A stretch of DNA of 57,475 nt from Patescibacteria group bacterium (GTDB lineage Bacteria; Patescibacteriota; Dojkabacteria; JAKAPS01): assembly GCA_025450075.1 (NCBI GenBank), contig JANWIC010000001.1:1-57475 (forward strand). The letters are read 5' to 3'. Positions 9,334-18,292 of this stretch are shown here, in pieces; position 1 is the first letter of the stretch, and every line of letters begins with the position of its first letter. Position numbers and translations under genes: made by a program. The notes under the pieces were generated by a model. It saw only the letters and a list, made by a program, of their open reading frames with translations. It was not told where the DNA came from and did not search any database.

Positions 9334-10329
9334 TTATCCTTGAGCTATGACTTTCAAAGCTTTTGCAATACGTTTCCTTCCACTAATAACGAGAAGAATG
9401 ATGATAATCAGCGAAACAATGGCAATTGATACGCCAATTACGAGTGGCTTTGGAATTACAGTAAATGTTGTGGAAGCAAGTAATGCTTCATGCTTCTCTC
9501 CATATGTTGCAACTAAAGTAGCAGTAAACCTGCCAATTGGGTTTTTGTTTGTCCAATAAGTAACCATATTTCGAGCAGCATTTGGAAGTACATTACTTCC
9601 ATTCAGTTGAATCTCATCAACTTTTGCTCCGAACATATCGGTAATTATAATTGTTCCCGATGGTTTAATATGAGCATTTCCTGCGTTTTGTACTTTAAGG
9701 GTAAGAGGAACTGGTCCGTATTCTGAGTACCCGGGAGCGGAAAAGCCAACAATTGATGCTTTTTCTGTTACGTTCCCGGATACACGGAGCAGTACTAAAG
9801 AAACTTGACCTGCAGAAACATTTGCTGCTCCAGGAGTATTTCCTGCGCCGCTTTGTATTTGGATTGCACCATAGTGCCCTCCCGGTTCTGCATTATTTGG
9901 AACATTAATTATAAAGCTAATCGTTCCTTCTCGATGTGCTGGTATATCTACTGATGTTTGATCAGCATTAATCCAACTTGCTAAAGAAAATGAGCGTGAT
10001 GAATCTCCTTTGACTAACTGTACTTCTCCGTTATCTCCGCTTGCTTCAAAATCGGCTGCTGAAATGTTATATACTTCTTCAGAACCTGTTTCATTTCGAA
10101 TTGAAATTTTTTCACTTAAAGAATCCCCTGGGTTTGCAAAAAGTTCAAAAGTTGGTGGAACAATAGTTGTACCTCCACTACTTACCTGAGCATGCACACT
10201 ACTTGTAAGAGGGATTAGTGATACGAATAGTGAAAATGATACTAAGGCGCGAATGACAGTATGTTTTTTCACGAAGTTGAGAATGTTAATTAATGGTTTA
10301 ATTGTAGGGATTCTGGTATGAGTTGTCAA
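9334..10329 (-). CDS. DUF916/DUF3324-like (WxL-interacting) membrane-anchored surface protein
   Basis: PPTFEL.ANPG...I.IRN, I.VP.NAEPGGHYGAI, V.N.GN.HIKP.G.I.I.DMFG, VLP...R; C-terminal TM helix. Confidence 0.75.
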   Translation of the reverse strand: MTTHTRIPTIKPLINILNFVKKHTVIRALVSFSLFVSLIPLTSSVHAQVSSGGTTIVPPTFELFANPGDSLSEKISIRNETGSEEVYNISAADFEASGDNGEVQLVKGDSSRSFSLASWINADQTSVDIPAHREGTISFIINVPNNAEPGGHYGAIQIQSGAGNTPGAANVSAGQVSLVLLRVSGNVTEKASIVGFSAPGYSEYGPVPLTLKVQNAGNAHIKPSGTIIITDMFGAKVDEIQLNGSNVLPNAARNMVTYWTNKNPIGRFTATLVATYGEKHEALLASTTFTVIPKPLVIGVSIAIVSLIIIILLVISGRKRIAKALKVIAQG

Positions 10330-10430
10330 ATAATAGTCATATTTTCTTTAGAATACGAACAAATTTTTGTAATGTACCCTACAACAACTTAGTTTACATT
10401 CGATTATGAATAACTTACACTATATGGCAT

Positions 10431-11513
10431 ATGAAACAATTCATGAGAAGAAAAAAAGTACGTGGATTTATCGCGCTACTCTCTGCTGCTGCCTCATTCA
10501 TGATGGTTTCTATTCCTACGTTAGCTGCGTCGCTTGGTGCAATGAGTGTTGCGCAATCTACCATGCTTCCTGCTACAACAGCAAGTTATACACTTAACTT
10601 TACAACTACAACAGGTTCAACATTAAAAGAAATTGATTTTCAATTTGCAACCACATCAGGAGGAAGTACAAAACCGACAAATTTAGATTTAACAGGAGCA
10701 ACACTAGGCACACTCGTAGGATTATCAGGATCCTGGTCATTAGATACGACTGGCGCAACAGCTGGACTTTTGAAAATTACTTATTCGACTGGTGTGAGTA
10801 TAGCTGCAAGTACTGCAATTCAAGTACCTTTGAATAATATTGTAAATGGACATATTGGAGATTGTACTTCAAGCTCTACAGCATATAGTGATACCTGTTA
10901 TATAGGAATAACAACATATTCTGACCTTGGAATAACGAGTGTTGATAATGGAAATGTTCCATTTAACTTTACCCAGGATCCATCTATGACCTTTACAATC
11001 GGAGGGGTATCATCAGGTACTTCTACTAATGGAGTTTCTACAACAGCAACTACAACATATAATACAATTCCATTTGGCCACATAATTATCAATGATGTGA
11101 ATTATGCAGCTCAACAATTAACTGTTACTACAAATGCACCGAATGGCTATAGCGTATATATGAAAGTGTCAACACAACTGACGGGAATTTACACAGGTAC
11201 ACTGGTAAGTCCGTTTTCTGGTAACAGCGCGACCTGGGCATCTCCACAGAGCTGGAGAGTCCCTACCGGTACAACAAACGGAACAGACACTATGTGGTTT
11301 GGGGCAAATACATCTGATACACGTGTAAGCGGATGGTCATCAGCTTCAGCAAAGTTTGGGCCTGCAAATAGCACAAATAATGTTGTTATGTATTCATCTT
11401 CAGCTGATACAGGGACAAGCGCCTATGTTACCTATGCAATTGAAGGAAATATTTACCAAGATCCTGATACATATAGTGGAAATATTGAATATACTATTGT
11501 CCCTAATTATTAA
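10431..11513 (+). CDS. Secreted Ser/Thr-rich two-domain surface protein, WxL-like C-terminal domain (paralog of 26262..27392)
   Basis: Signal peptide; LTVTTNAPNGYSVY; C-terminal QDPDTYSGNIEYTIVPNY. Confidence 0.75.
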   Translation: MKQFMRRKKVRGFIALLSAAASFMMVSIPTLAASLGAMSVAQSTMLPATTASYTLNFTTTTGSTLKEIDFQFATTSGGSTKPTNLDLTGATLGTLVGLSGSWSLDTTGATAGLLKITYSTGVSIAASTAIQVPLNNIVNGHIGDCTSSSTAYSDTCYIGITTYSDLGITSVDNGNVPFNFTQDPSMTFTIGGVSSGTSTNGVSTTATTTYNTIPFGHIIINDVNYAAQQLTVTTNAPNGYSVYMKVSTQLTGIYTGTLVSPFSGNSATWASPQSWRVPTGTTNGTDTMWFGANTSDTRVSGWSSASAKFGPANSTNNVVMYSSSADTGTSAYVTYAIEGNIYQDPDTYSGNIEYTIVPNY

Positions 11514-13701
11514 TGTCCAATTTAGATTGTGAGTATTCATTTGTTTGCCCATTCTTTTGATAGCAAAGTAGAAGATACTCTTTTGTCTTTTGATCATCAG
11601 GATTTAACATTAGTGCAGAGAGCAAAAATCCTTCAGCATCTTTCGAGTCATTCTGTGCTAAATCTTCAGTACCTTTTTGGTAATAGTAAGAGAAATCCTC
11701 AATTACTGGTGTACCCGGATTGTATTGCTGCATATACGAATCTAGCTCTGAAATTGGGGTAAGATTAGTCGATTGTAAATCTTTAGCATGCTGCAATTCT
11801 GCTTGTGCAAAATCAGCATATCCCTCATTGAATAATGTAAATGCAATAAGTGCATGTTGAACAGCATAAGACTGCCTAATACTCTGTTTACTAAAATCCC
11901 TCTCATCAGGGGTGATACCAGCCAGTTTTGTGTCAATGGTTTTTGATATGTTCTCACTTTCCTGGAATTGTTTAGTTGTAAAGCTTCCTGGATCCTTTAC
12001 TACTTTTAGTAGATATCCATAAGGAATAGTGTAGTATGGGTTTCCTGATACTCCGATAGCATCTAAGGTTGTATTTGGAACAAATGATAAGAAGATAGGG
12101 TAAGAAGTTACGTCCCGTGCAATGATATCTCGAATGATTGCTTGATCAGCATTGATCTTTGTTTTAAAAATATTGGGGTAATGTTGCAAAATTGTTGTCT
12201 TGTATTTTGATACTGAAACTGGAATGATAATGACATCATCTTTTCGTATTCCCTTTACTTGTTGCTGGTATTCGTATGAAAAACAATCCACATCAGCAAA
12301 ACAGATGAGGAATGACTTAGAAGGAAGAGTTCTAAGAGTTTGGTATGCGATATATTCATATATATCATTATGGCTGTTATTCACTCCCATCCAGTTATAT
12401 CCAAGAAGAGAAATGGGGAGAAGAAATACGGCAAAGTATATCCAAATTGTTTGTTTTTTCTTCCATAGATATCTGATAAGTCCAAATATTCCGATTGGAA
12501 TAAAGAGTGAAAAGATGACTTCAGATTGAAGGTAAAGTCGAAGGTGAATACCAATATCTGTAATCAATGTTGCCTGGCCAGCTTCGCTATCCCATGGAAT
12601 GGCGGTATATGAAGAAAGAAATATACCAGCTATTAAGAAACTAAAAAAAAGAAGAAATGCAATATCATATCCATACCATTTCTTCTTTTTTTTCATAAGA
12701 ATGAAAACAATTCCTAAAAGTGCGAAAGGGAATGTCCATAGAAAATGATTGAGTAAAAATCCAACATAATGAGGAATTTCTGCAAATTGTGTACCAATAT
12801 CAATATGTGAGTTATATGATCCTCCTACACCAGAACTTCCAAAATCTTTACGAAGGATTATATTAATAATATCTTGTGCTGAGGTTGGATTCCTCCAGCT
12901 TAATAATGATCCTGAATGGGAAAGAGTAGGGAGATAAAAATATGGTAGGATAAAAAAGATGAATGATACTAATATACCGCATACTGCTATGAATATATTC
13001 TTCCACAGCTTCTTTTTATCCTGTAGATACAAAGCAGTGATAAATATTGAAATGGCAGGGATAATTAATATTGAAACCTGCTGATTGGAAAGCATCAAGC
13101 CGACAGCTGCACATAAAACAAAAAAAACGATATAGCTTGTTTTAACATCCTTTTCCCAGAAATATTTGAATAAAAGACATAAATACAATACTAAAGCAAT
13201 GAAAAAATCATTTAGTGGAAATACTTCAGTTATGCCAGAGTAGAGGAAAAAAAGATAAGAGAAGGCAAGAATTAATGAACCGGCAATTGAGGCAATGTTT
13301 TTTTGAAGTATTGTAGAGCTTTCATCTTCTTTTGTATGGTCAAAAATGTATACCAATAAATGCGTAGATGAAAGATATATCAAGACTACTGCAAGAGAAT
13401 GAAATAATCCTGATGAAATGTTCAATCCATATGCAGGGTTTAGAAAAGGGATATGCGTAAAAAAATATCCGATAAGCATATATAGAGGATATGCTGGAGG
13501 ATGTGGTATTCCTTTGGTAAAAGCTGCTGTTATCATTTCGCTGCTATCCCCATAACCTAAGGCATAGTGTGAAGTTATGGTAAGGTAGACGAGAAAAACT
13601 AAAAGAAAGAGAAGAATTGCTGTTACAACTTTTGTCCTATTTGGTATAGTAATAGTATGAGTATTTTGTCTTTTCTTCATAAGGATGATGTTATCTGTCA
13701 T
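11503..13701 (-). CDS. DUF2723 / TMEM260-like GT-C glycosyltransferase with C-terminal TPR
   Basis: GDSSEMITAAFTKGIPHPPAYPLY, EVFPLN, many TM helices, ALMLNPDD TPR-like end. Confidence 0.85.
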   Translation of the reverse strand: MTDNIILMKKRQNTHTITIPNRTKVVTAILLFLLVFLVYLTITSHYALGYGDSSEMITAAFTKGIPHPPAYPLYMLIGYFFTHIPFLNPAYGLNISSGLFHSLAVVLIYLSSTHLLVYIFDHTKEDESSTILQKNIASIAGSLILAFSYLFFLYSGITEVFPLNDFFIALVLYLCLLFKYFWEKDVKTSYIVFFVLCAAVGLMLSNQQVSILIIPAISIFITALYLQDKKKLWKNIFIAVCGILVSFIFFILPYFYLPTLSHSGSLLSWRNPTSAQDIINIILRKDFGSSGVGGSYNSHIDIGTQFAEIPHYVGFLLNHFLWTFPFALLGIVFILMKKKKKWYGYDIAFLLFFSFLIAGIFLSSYTAIPWDSEAGQATLITDIGIHLRLYLQSEVIFSLFIPIGIFGLIRYLWKKKQTIWIYFAVFLLPISLLGYNWMGVNNSHNDIYEYIAYQTLRTLPSKSFLICFADVDCFSYEYQQQVKGIRKDDVIIIPVSVSKYKTTILQHYPNIFKTKINADQAIIRDIIARDVTSYPIFLSFVPNTTLDAIGVSGNPYYTIPYGYLLKVVKDPGSFTTKQFQESENISKTIDTKLAGITPDERDFSKQSIRQSYAVQHALIAFTLFNEGYADFAQAELQHAKDLQSTNLTPISELDSYMQQYNPGTPVIEDFSYYYQKGTEDLAQNDSKDAEGFLLSALMLNPDDQKTKEYLLLCYQKNGQTNEYSQSKLDINN

Positions 13702-13730
13702 AATATACTAACCTTGCATGGCTTTCAACA

Positions 13731-14441
13731 ATGATTGAAATTAATGTAGAACTGGAAAAAAAAGAGATACGAAAGATTAAGGAAAAGAAGAAGATAAAGC
13801 CTCTTCGTATCATCATATCCATTCTCATCTTTTTTTCAATTATAGGTGTTGCTGGATGGTTTGGGTATCAGCAATATCAAAAATATGCGGCATATAATGA
13901 AGCAAAAGTTCAGTTGGAGATAAAGAATAAAATTGCTCAGGGACTTACTGTTCCTGACTCTAATACCGAAGATCCACTTGCCCAAAACTACAAAGAAATT
14001 TATTCTACATTGCCTTACTCACAAACTAAATGGAAAGTGTTGAATAGTGTATTATATAATTTTGAATTTACCTATCCAACTAACACTTCTGCATTAATTA
14101 AGAATGATGATGGGACACAAATCTGGTTGGCAAGAAGAGATGGATATATGTTTCGAATAACAATTAGTGATGCAACTCCAAAAGAAACGGCACAAGATTT
14201 CTATTCACAAATGGGGAACAAAAATTCATATTCTGCAACACCTACAAAATTTGCAGACCAAAAGGCACTTTTTTTACAGCTCATTGATACTACCTTATCA
14301 ATTACCGGAAATCAATACATTATCGTGTATAAAGGGAGAGTATATATACTATGGTATGAAACTTTTCCTACAGGTCAATTTCCTGATGATGTCAGGAGAA
14401 TCCAGGATATACTGAAGAGCTTCGAATTTACCAATACGTAA
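13731..14441 (+). CDS. Membrane-anchored hypothetical protein (PsbP-like extracellular domain)
   Basis: Basic N-terminus plus TM helix; WK......NFEFTYP; ends ILKSFEF. Confidence 0.6.
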   Translation: MIEINVELEKKEIRKIKEKKKIKPLRIIISILIFFSIIGVAGWFGYQQYQKYAAYNEAKVQLEIKNKIAQGLTVPDSNTEDPLAQNYKEIYSTLPYSQTKWKVLNSVLYNFEFTYPTNTSALIKNDDGTQIWLARRDGYMFRITISDATPKETAQDFYSQMGNKNSYSATPTKFADQKALFLQLIDTTLSITGNQYIIVYKGRVYILWYETFPTGQFPDDVRRIQDILKSFEFTNT

Positions 14442-14586
14442 ATACTTTTACACTTCAAAAGATATCTGATATTATATATTTCATACACAGCAAAGAAAGA
14501 AAAGTAAGGTAATACCTTGACCGAATACCCAGAAACGTGATATTATGGGTTAGAAATGTTCAGGGTTTTAGATTATTTCTTGACTT

Positions 14587-15411
14587 TTGAATAACAAAAA
14601 AAAGCAACCGATAAACCTCATTCTTGGCCCTGGTGGGGCACGAGGATATGTCCACGTTGGTGTAATCAAAGAACTTCTCAAAGAAAATTTCGAAATAAAG
14701 AGTATTATAGGTATTTCCATGGGAGCCGTGGTTGGTTGGGCATATGCTTTTTCTGGAGATATTGCTATATCTGAAGATTTGGCATCAAGATTTAACACAC
14801 AATATAAGAAGTACATAAAAAACTCTAAAAGTATGCTTCAATTGGATGTAAAAGGATTAAAAGAATGTTTGATGGATCTGAGTAATGGGAAAGACTATCA
14901 ATTTTCCGAGTTAAAAGTTCCTCTTTATGTAGTAGTAACAAATATTGCTACTGGAAAAATTGAGTTTATCCATAAAGGATCAGTTATAGATGCGATTATT
15001 GCATCAAGTCTTTATCCATTTATTAATCGACCGTTTCGTATTAATGATGCATACTATCTAGATGGAGGTATTATCGAAGGAAAGATTGTGAAAATTCCTA
15101 AAACAATAAAAGATCAGGATCCATATATTGCTATTGATATCTATAGTATGTACAGTAGTGGATTAGTTAGCCAAATAAAAAGTGTATTGTTAAGGCATGC
15201 TTTCATGTTGTATTACAGAAAAGAATTAAAACAAATTAAGAAAAATAAAGCCGTTGAGGAAGTTATGGAAGAAATTGATCAAATGATACGAATCAATGTA
15301 GTATTAAATCATATAAAGAAGCATGAATTCCATCGGGCAAAGGAATGTTTTGAGTATGGGAAAAAGTTAATTAATGAGAACATGCATCTCATACAGAAAT
15401 TTACTTCTTGA
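14587..15411 (+). CDS. Patatin-like phospholipase
   Basis: LGPGGARG.VHVGV, GISMG nucleophile, DGG. Confidence 0.9.
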   Translation: MNNKKKQPINLILGPGGARGYVHVGVIKELLKENFEIKSIIGISMGAVVGWAYAFSGDIAISEDLASRFNTQYKKYIKNSKSMLQLDVKGLKECLMDLSNGKDYQFSELKVPLYVVVTNIATGKIEFIHKGSVIDAIIASSLYPFINRPFRINDAYYLDGGIIEGKIVKIPKTIKDQDPYIAIDIYSMYSSGLVSQIKSVLLRHAFMLYYRKELKQIKKNKAVEEVMEEIDQMIRINVVLNHIKKHEFHRAKECFEYGKKLINENMHLIQKFTS

Positions 15412-15458
15412 CTTTGATACAACTATAGGATTTTATCTCGTGTATTATATTTGAAGTA

Positions 15459-16123
15459 ATGCCGAAACTAAATAGACCAAATAATCCAGAACATCCCGAA
15501 TTGGCTCCAACAAGAGATATTCTACTTATATCTCGAGTAAGAAATTATGTAAGACATATAGCGATTGAGGCAATAAAGGTCAACGTGGCATTGCACGTAT
15601 TGCTACAAGAGCTTTAATTGCATTACATTGTACTCCTTATGGATCAGAAAAATTTCATCGCGTATTGCGAGATGCGATTCAACAGTATCTTGCAAATGGA
15701 GGTAAAAGATTTATTCTTCCAGGGAATCCGTTGGTTGAACTTTCGAATAAAGATGATAATACCCCTTGGTTACGTGGAATTAATGGATCAACTTTTAATA
15801 TAAGAGGTTGGAGGGTTAATAATGGTAATCCAATCTTGGCTAGGGAATTAGGGTTAGAAAAAACAAACTATGACCATTCTATGCATAACAGAAATACCGA
15901 AAGGTTATTTCTTCCTCTTGGAAGTTTTTTTTGTGATCCAGTGTTAATGGCAAAATCCGAATTGCCATCACCTGATGGAAATGGAACTATGATTGATATG
16001 CCACTTATAGGTAAAGGGTCTCAAATTACAGGTGTTGTAACATTAAACGTTGATAGATATGGATGGCATTATTTAAGTTCCTATGTTCGAGATCAGTATT
16101 TCGAATCTATAGTAAGGTCTTAA
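15459..16123 (+). pseudogene. Hypothetical gene apparently split by a 1-nt frameshift near 15569
   Basis: ORF ATG15459..TAA15617 overlaps a second frame open from 15569 to 16123, which contains track ORF 15665..16123. Confidence 0.5.
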
Positions 16124-16229
16124 AGGTATATCATACCACTTTGATATCATTTATAAAGACCTTAATTATATCCTCATGTCTATAGCAATAATACATATTA
16201 TGTTATATGATTAAAATATAATCAATATT

Positions 16230-17498
16230 ATGTGTATGAAAGTATTATTCTTCCCCTATACTAGTGAATTAGGTGCTACTCAAAGTAGTGTAAAGATTGC
16301 TGAAATATTAAGAAAATGTGGTGATGAAGTTATCTTTGCAGGAGAAGGTCCTTATTGTAGATTTATTGAATCACATGGATTTAAGGTTGTTAAAGTAGTA
16401 GAAGTGGATATTGATATGCATTTACGGTATATTCAAAATGCAAGTATGGGGTTTCATAATAAACAAACGATTGAGCAATTTATTGAAGATGAGCTGAGGA
16501 TAATTAAGGAAATCGAACCTGATGTTGTAGTAGATCTTTTTAGGCCTACACTTTATATAAGCTCTAAAATTGCTGGAATTCCAAGAGTAAGCATATGCAA
16601 CGGAATTTTAACAAGATATTATAATATGCCTCTAGAAATACCTGAAACTCATTGGGCACATAATATCTTTGCAACTCCGGGGTTGCATAAATTAATGTAT
16701 CCTACAGCGAATTTGATAAAAAATATATCATATAAAGTATGGGCGAATCCATATAATTCAGTACTAGAAAAATATAATTTACCTCGTGTAAAAAGTATAC
16801 TTGATTTACTGGAGGGAGACAAAACAATAGTTTTTGATGCCAAAGAATTTGCTCCAATGTTAATTCCTGGGGATAATAGCAGTGTCCATATCTTAGGACC
16901 TATTCTCCACGATATAACAAATAAACTTCCAGATTGGTTAATAGAGATTGATGAAAAAAAGAATGTGATTTATTTATCGATGGGATCTACTGGCAGTATG
17001 CTTCCCAACATAATAGATGATCTGGTATATTTGTACGGAGATAATGAAAATTATCAGGTTATTACAAATACTTTAGGACTCTATCCTGTCAACAAAAATA
17101 AATTGCCACGTAACTTTTATATTGAAGATTATTTAAATGCGAACTCAATTTTAAAGAAATCAAATTTGTTTATTACACATGGCGGTAGAGGATCGATTTA
17201 TCATTCGTTACAAAATGGTGTCCCTATAATTGGCATTCCGCATCAACCAGAACAAGAATGGAATTTAAATAGGCTTGAATCATTAAAACTAGGCAAGAAG
17301 TTAAGTAAGAGAAATTATAATAGAGAAGATTTGAAGAATGCTGTTGAAGATCTTATAAATAATGAGGAATATAAAGTTAATGCTAAAAACTTCCAAGTAA
17401 TTTTAAATAATTATAATGGACCAGAAGAAGCTGCATCTGTAATAAAAAATGTATTAAATGGAAAGAAGAAAGATAAATATAGACAACCAGGAGTTTGA
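16230..17498 (+). CDS. GT1-family (UDP-sugar) glycosyltransferase
   Basis: GT-B fold; IYLSMGSTG, FITHGG.GSIYHSL.NGVPIIGIP...EQ.WN. Confidence 0.88.
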   Translation: MCMKVLFFPYTSELGATQSSVKIAEILRKCGDEVIFAGEGPYCRFIESHGFKVVKVVEVDIDMHLRYIQNASMGFHNKQTIEQFIEDELRIIKEIEPDVVVDLFRPTLYISSKIAGIPRVSICNGILTRYYNMPLEIPETHWAHNIFATPGLHKLMYPTANLIKNISYKVWANPYNSVLEKYNLPRVKSILDLLEGDKTIVFDAKEFAPMLIPGDNSSVHILGPILHDITNKLPDWLIEIDEKKNVIYLSMGSTGSMLPNIIDDLVYLYGDNENYQVITNTLGLYPVNKNKLPRNFYIEDYLNANSILKKSNLFITHGGRGSIYHSLQNGVPIIGIPHQPEQEWNLNRLESLKLGKKLSKRNYNREDLKNAVEDLINNEEYKVNAKNFQVILNNYNGPEEAASVIKNVLNGKKKDKYRQPGV

Positions 17499-18291
17499 AT
17501 ATCTACAAATAGGATCGAGTGGCCCTGCTTTAATTTGTTTACATGGATGGGCAGCTTCTTACAAAAATTATTCGTACGTAATACCCTTCCTTTCAAAGTA
17601 TTTCAGGTTGTATTTATTTGATTTACCAGGAAATAATTCAGCTTTACAATGGAATCGTGATTACTATATTGAAGATTATGTCTATTTTCTCTTTGAGTTT
17701 ATTAATAGACTAAATTTAAAAGAGATATATTTACTAGGTGAGTCATTTGGGTCATTGTTAGCTTTGCAATGTCTTTTTGAAAAAAGGAAAGAAATAAAAG
17801 GGGTAATTCTCATCAGCTTAGTTATGAGTTATCCCAAAACAATAAATGCTTTTCTTGTCAAAGTTTTGATGAGAATTAGGAGAAAAAAAATAGTATTAAA
17901 ATTTATTTCTTTATTGAAGAAAAATGAATTTTTCCAGAATTATTGGATTAATCTATTAATAGAAAAAAATATTTCACATTTCGATGAAATTCAAGAACTT
18001 ACAATGAGTGAGATGAAGAACGTCTCTCCTGAGGCTTATATTGATGGATATATTTCAATTTTGAAATCAAATACTCCTGTCCTCCTAAAAAATTTACTCG
18101 AAGATACTGATATAAAAAAAATCCTTATATATGGAAAAAAAGATCCTTTTTCAAAATGGGAGACTATTGATAATGTATCAAATACATCTGAAATAGTTAT
18201 AATTGACGGAACTCGTCATTCTCCTCATTTAGAACGACCGGATAATTTCTTTAAAGTTCTAAAGGAAGATTTTATTGATCATATTTTATAA
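17458..18291 (+). CDS. Alpha/beta hydrolase
   Basis: LHGW, DLPG, GESFG nucleophile, YGKKD, HSPHLERP. Confidence 0.9.
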   Translation: MERRKINIDNQEFEYLQIGSSGPALICLHGWAASYKNYSYVIPFLSKYFRLYLFDLPGNNSALQWNRDYYIEDYVYFLFEFINRLNLKEIYLLGESFGSLLALQCLFEKRKEIKGVILISLVMSYPKTINAFLVKVLMRIRRKKIVLKFISLLKKNEFFQNYWINLLIEKNISHFDEIQELTMSEMKNVSPEAYIDGYISILKSNTPVLLKNLLEDTDIKKILIYGKKDPFSKWETIDNVSNTSEIVIIDGTRHSPHLERPDNFFKVLKEDFIDHIL

Positions 18292-18292
18292 T

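Noticed and set aside
14460-14586. Possible riboswitch or ncRNA before the patatin gene (small hairpin AAGGTAATACCTT)
   Set aside because: No recognisable family consensus; an Infernal/Rfam search would be needed.
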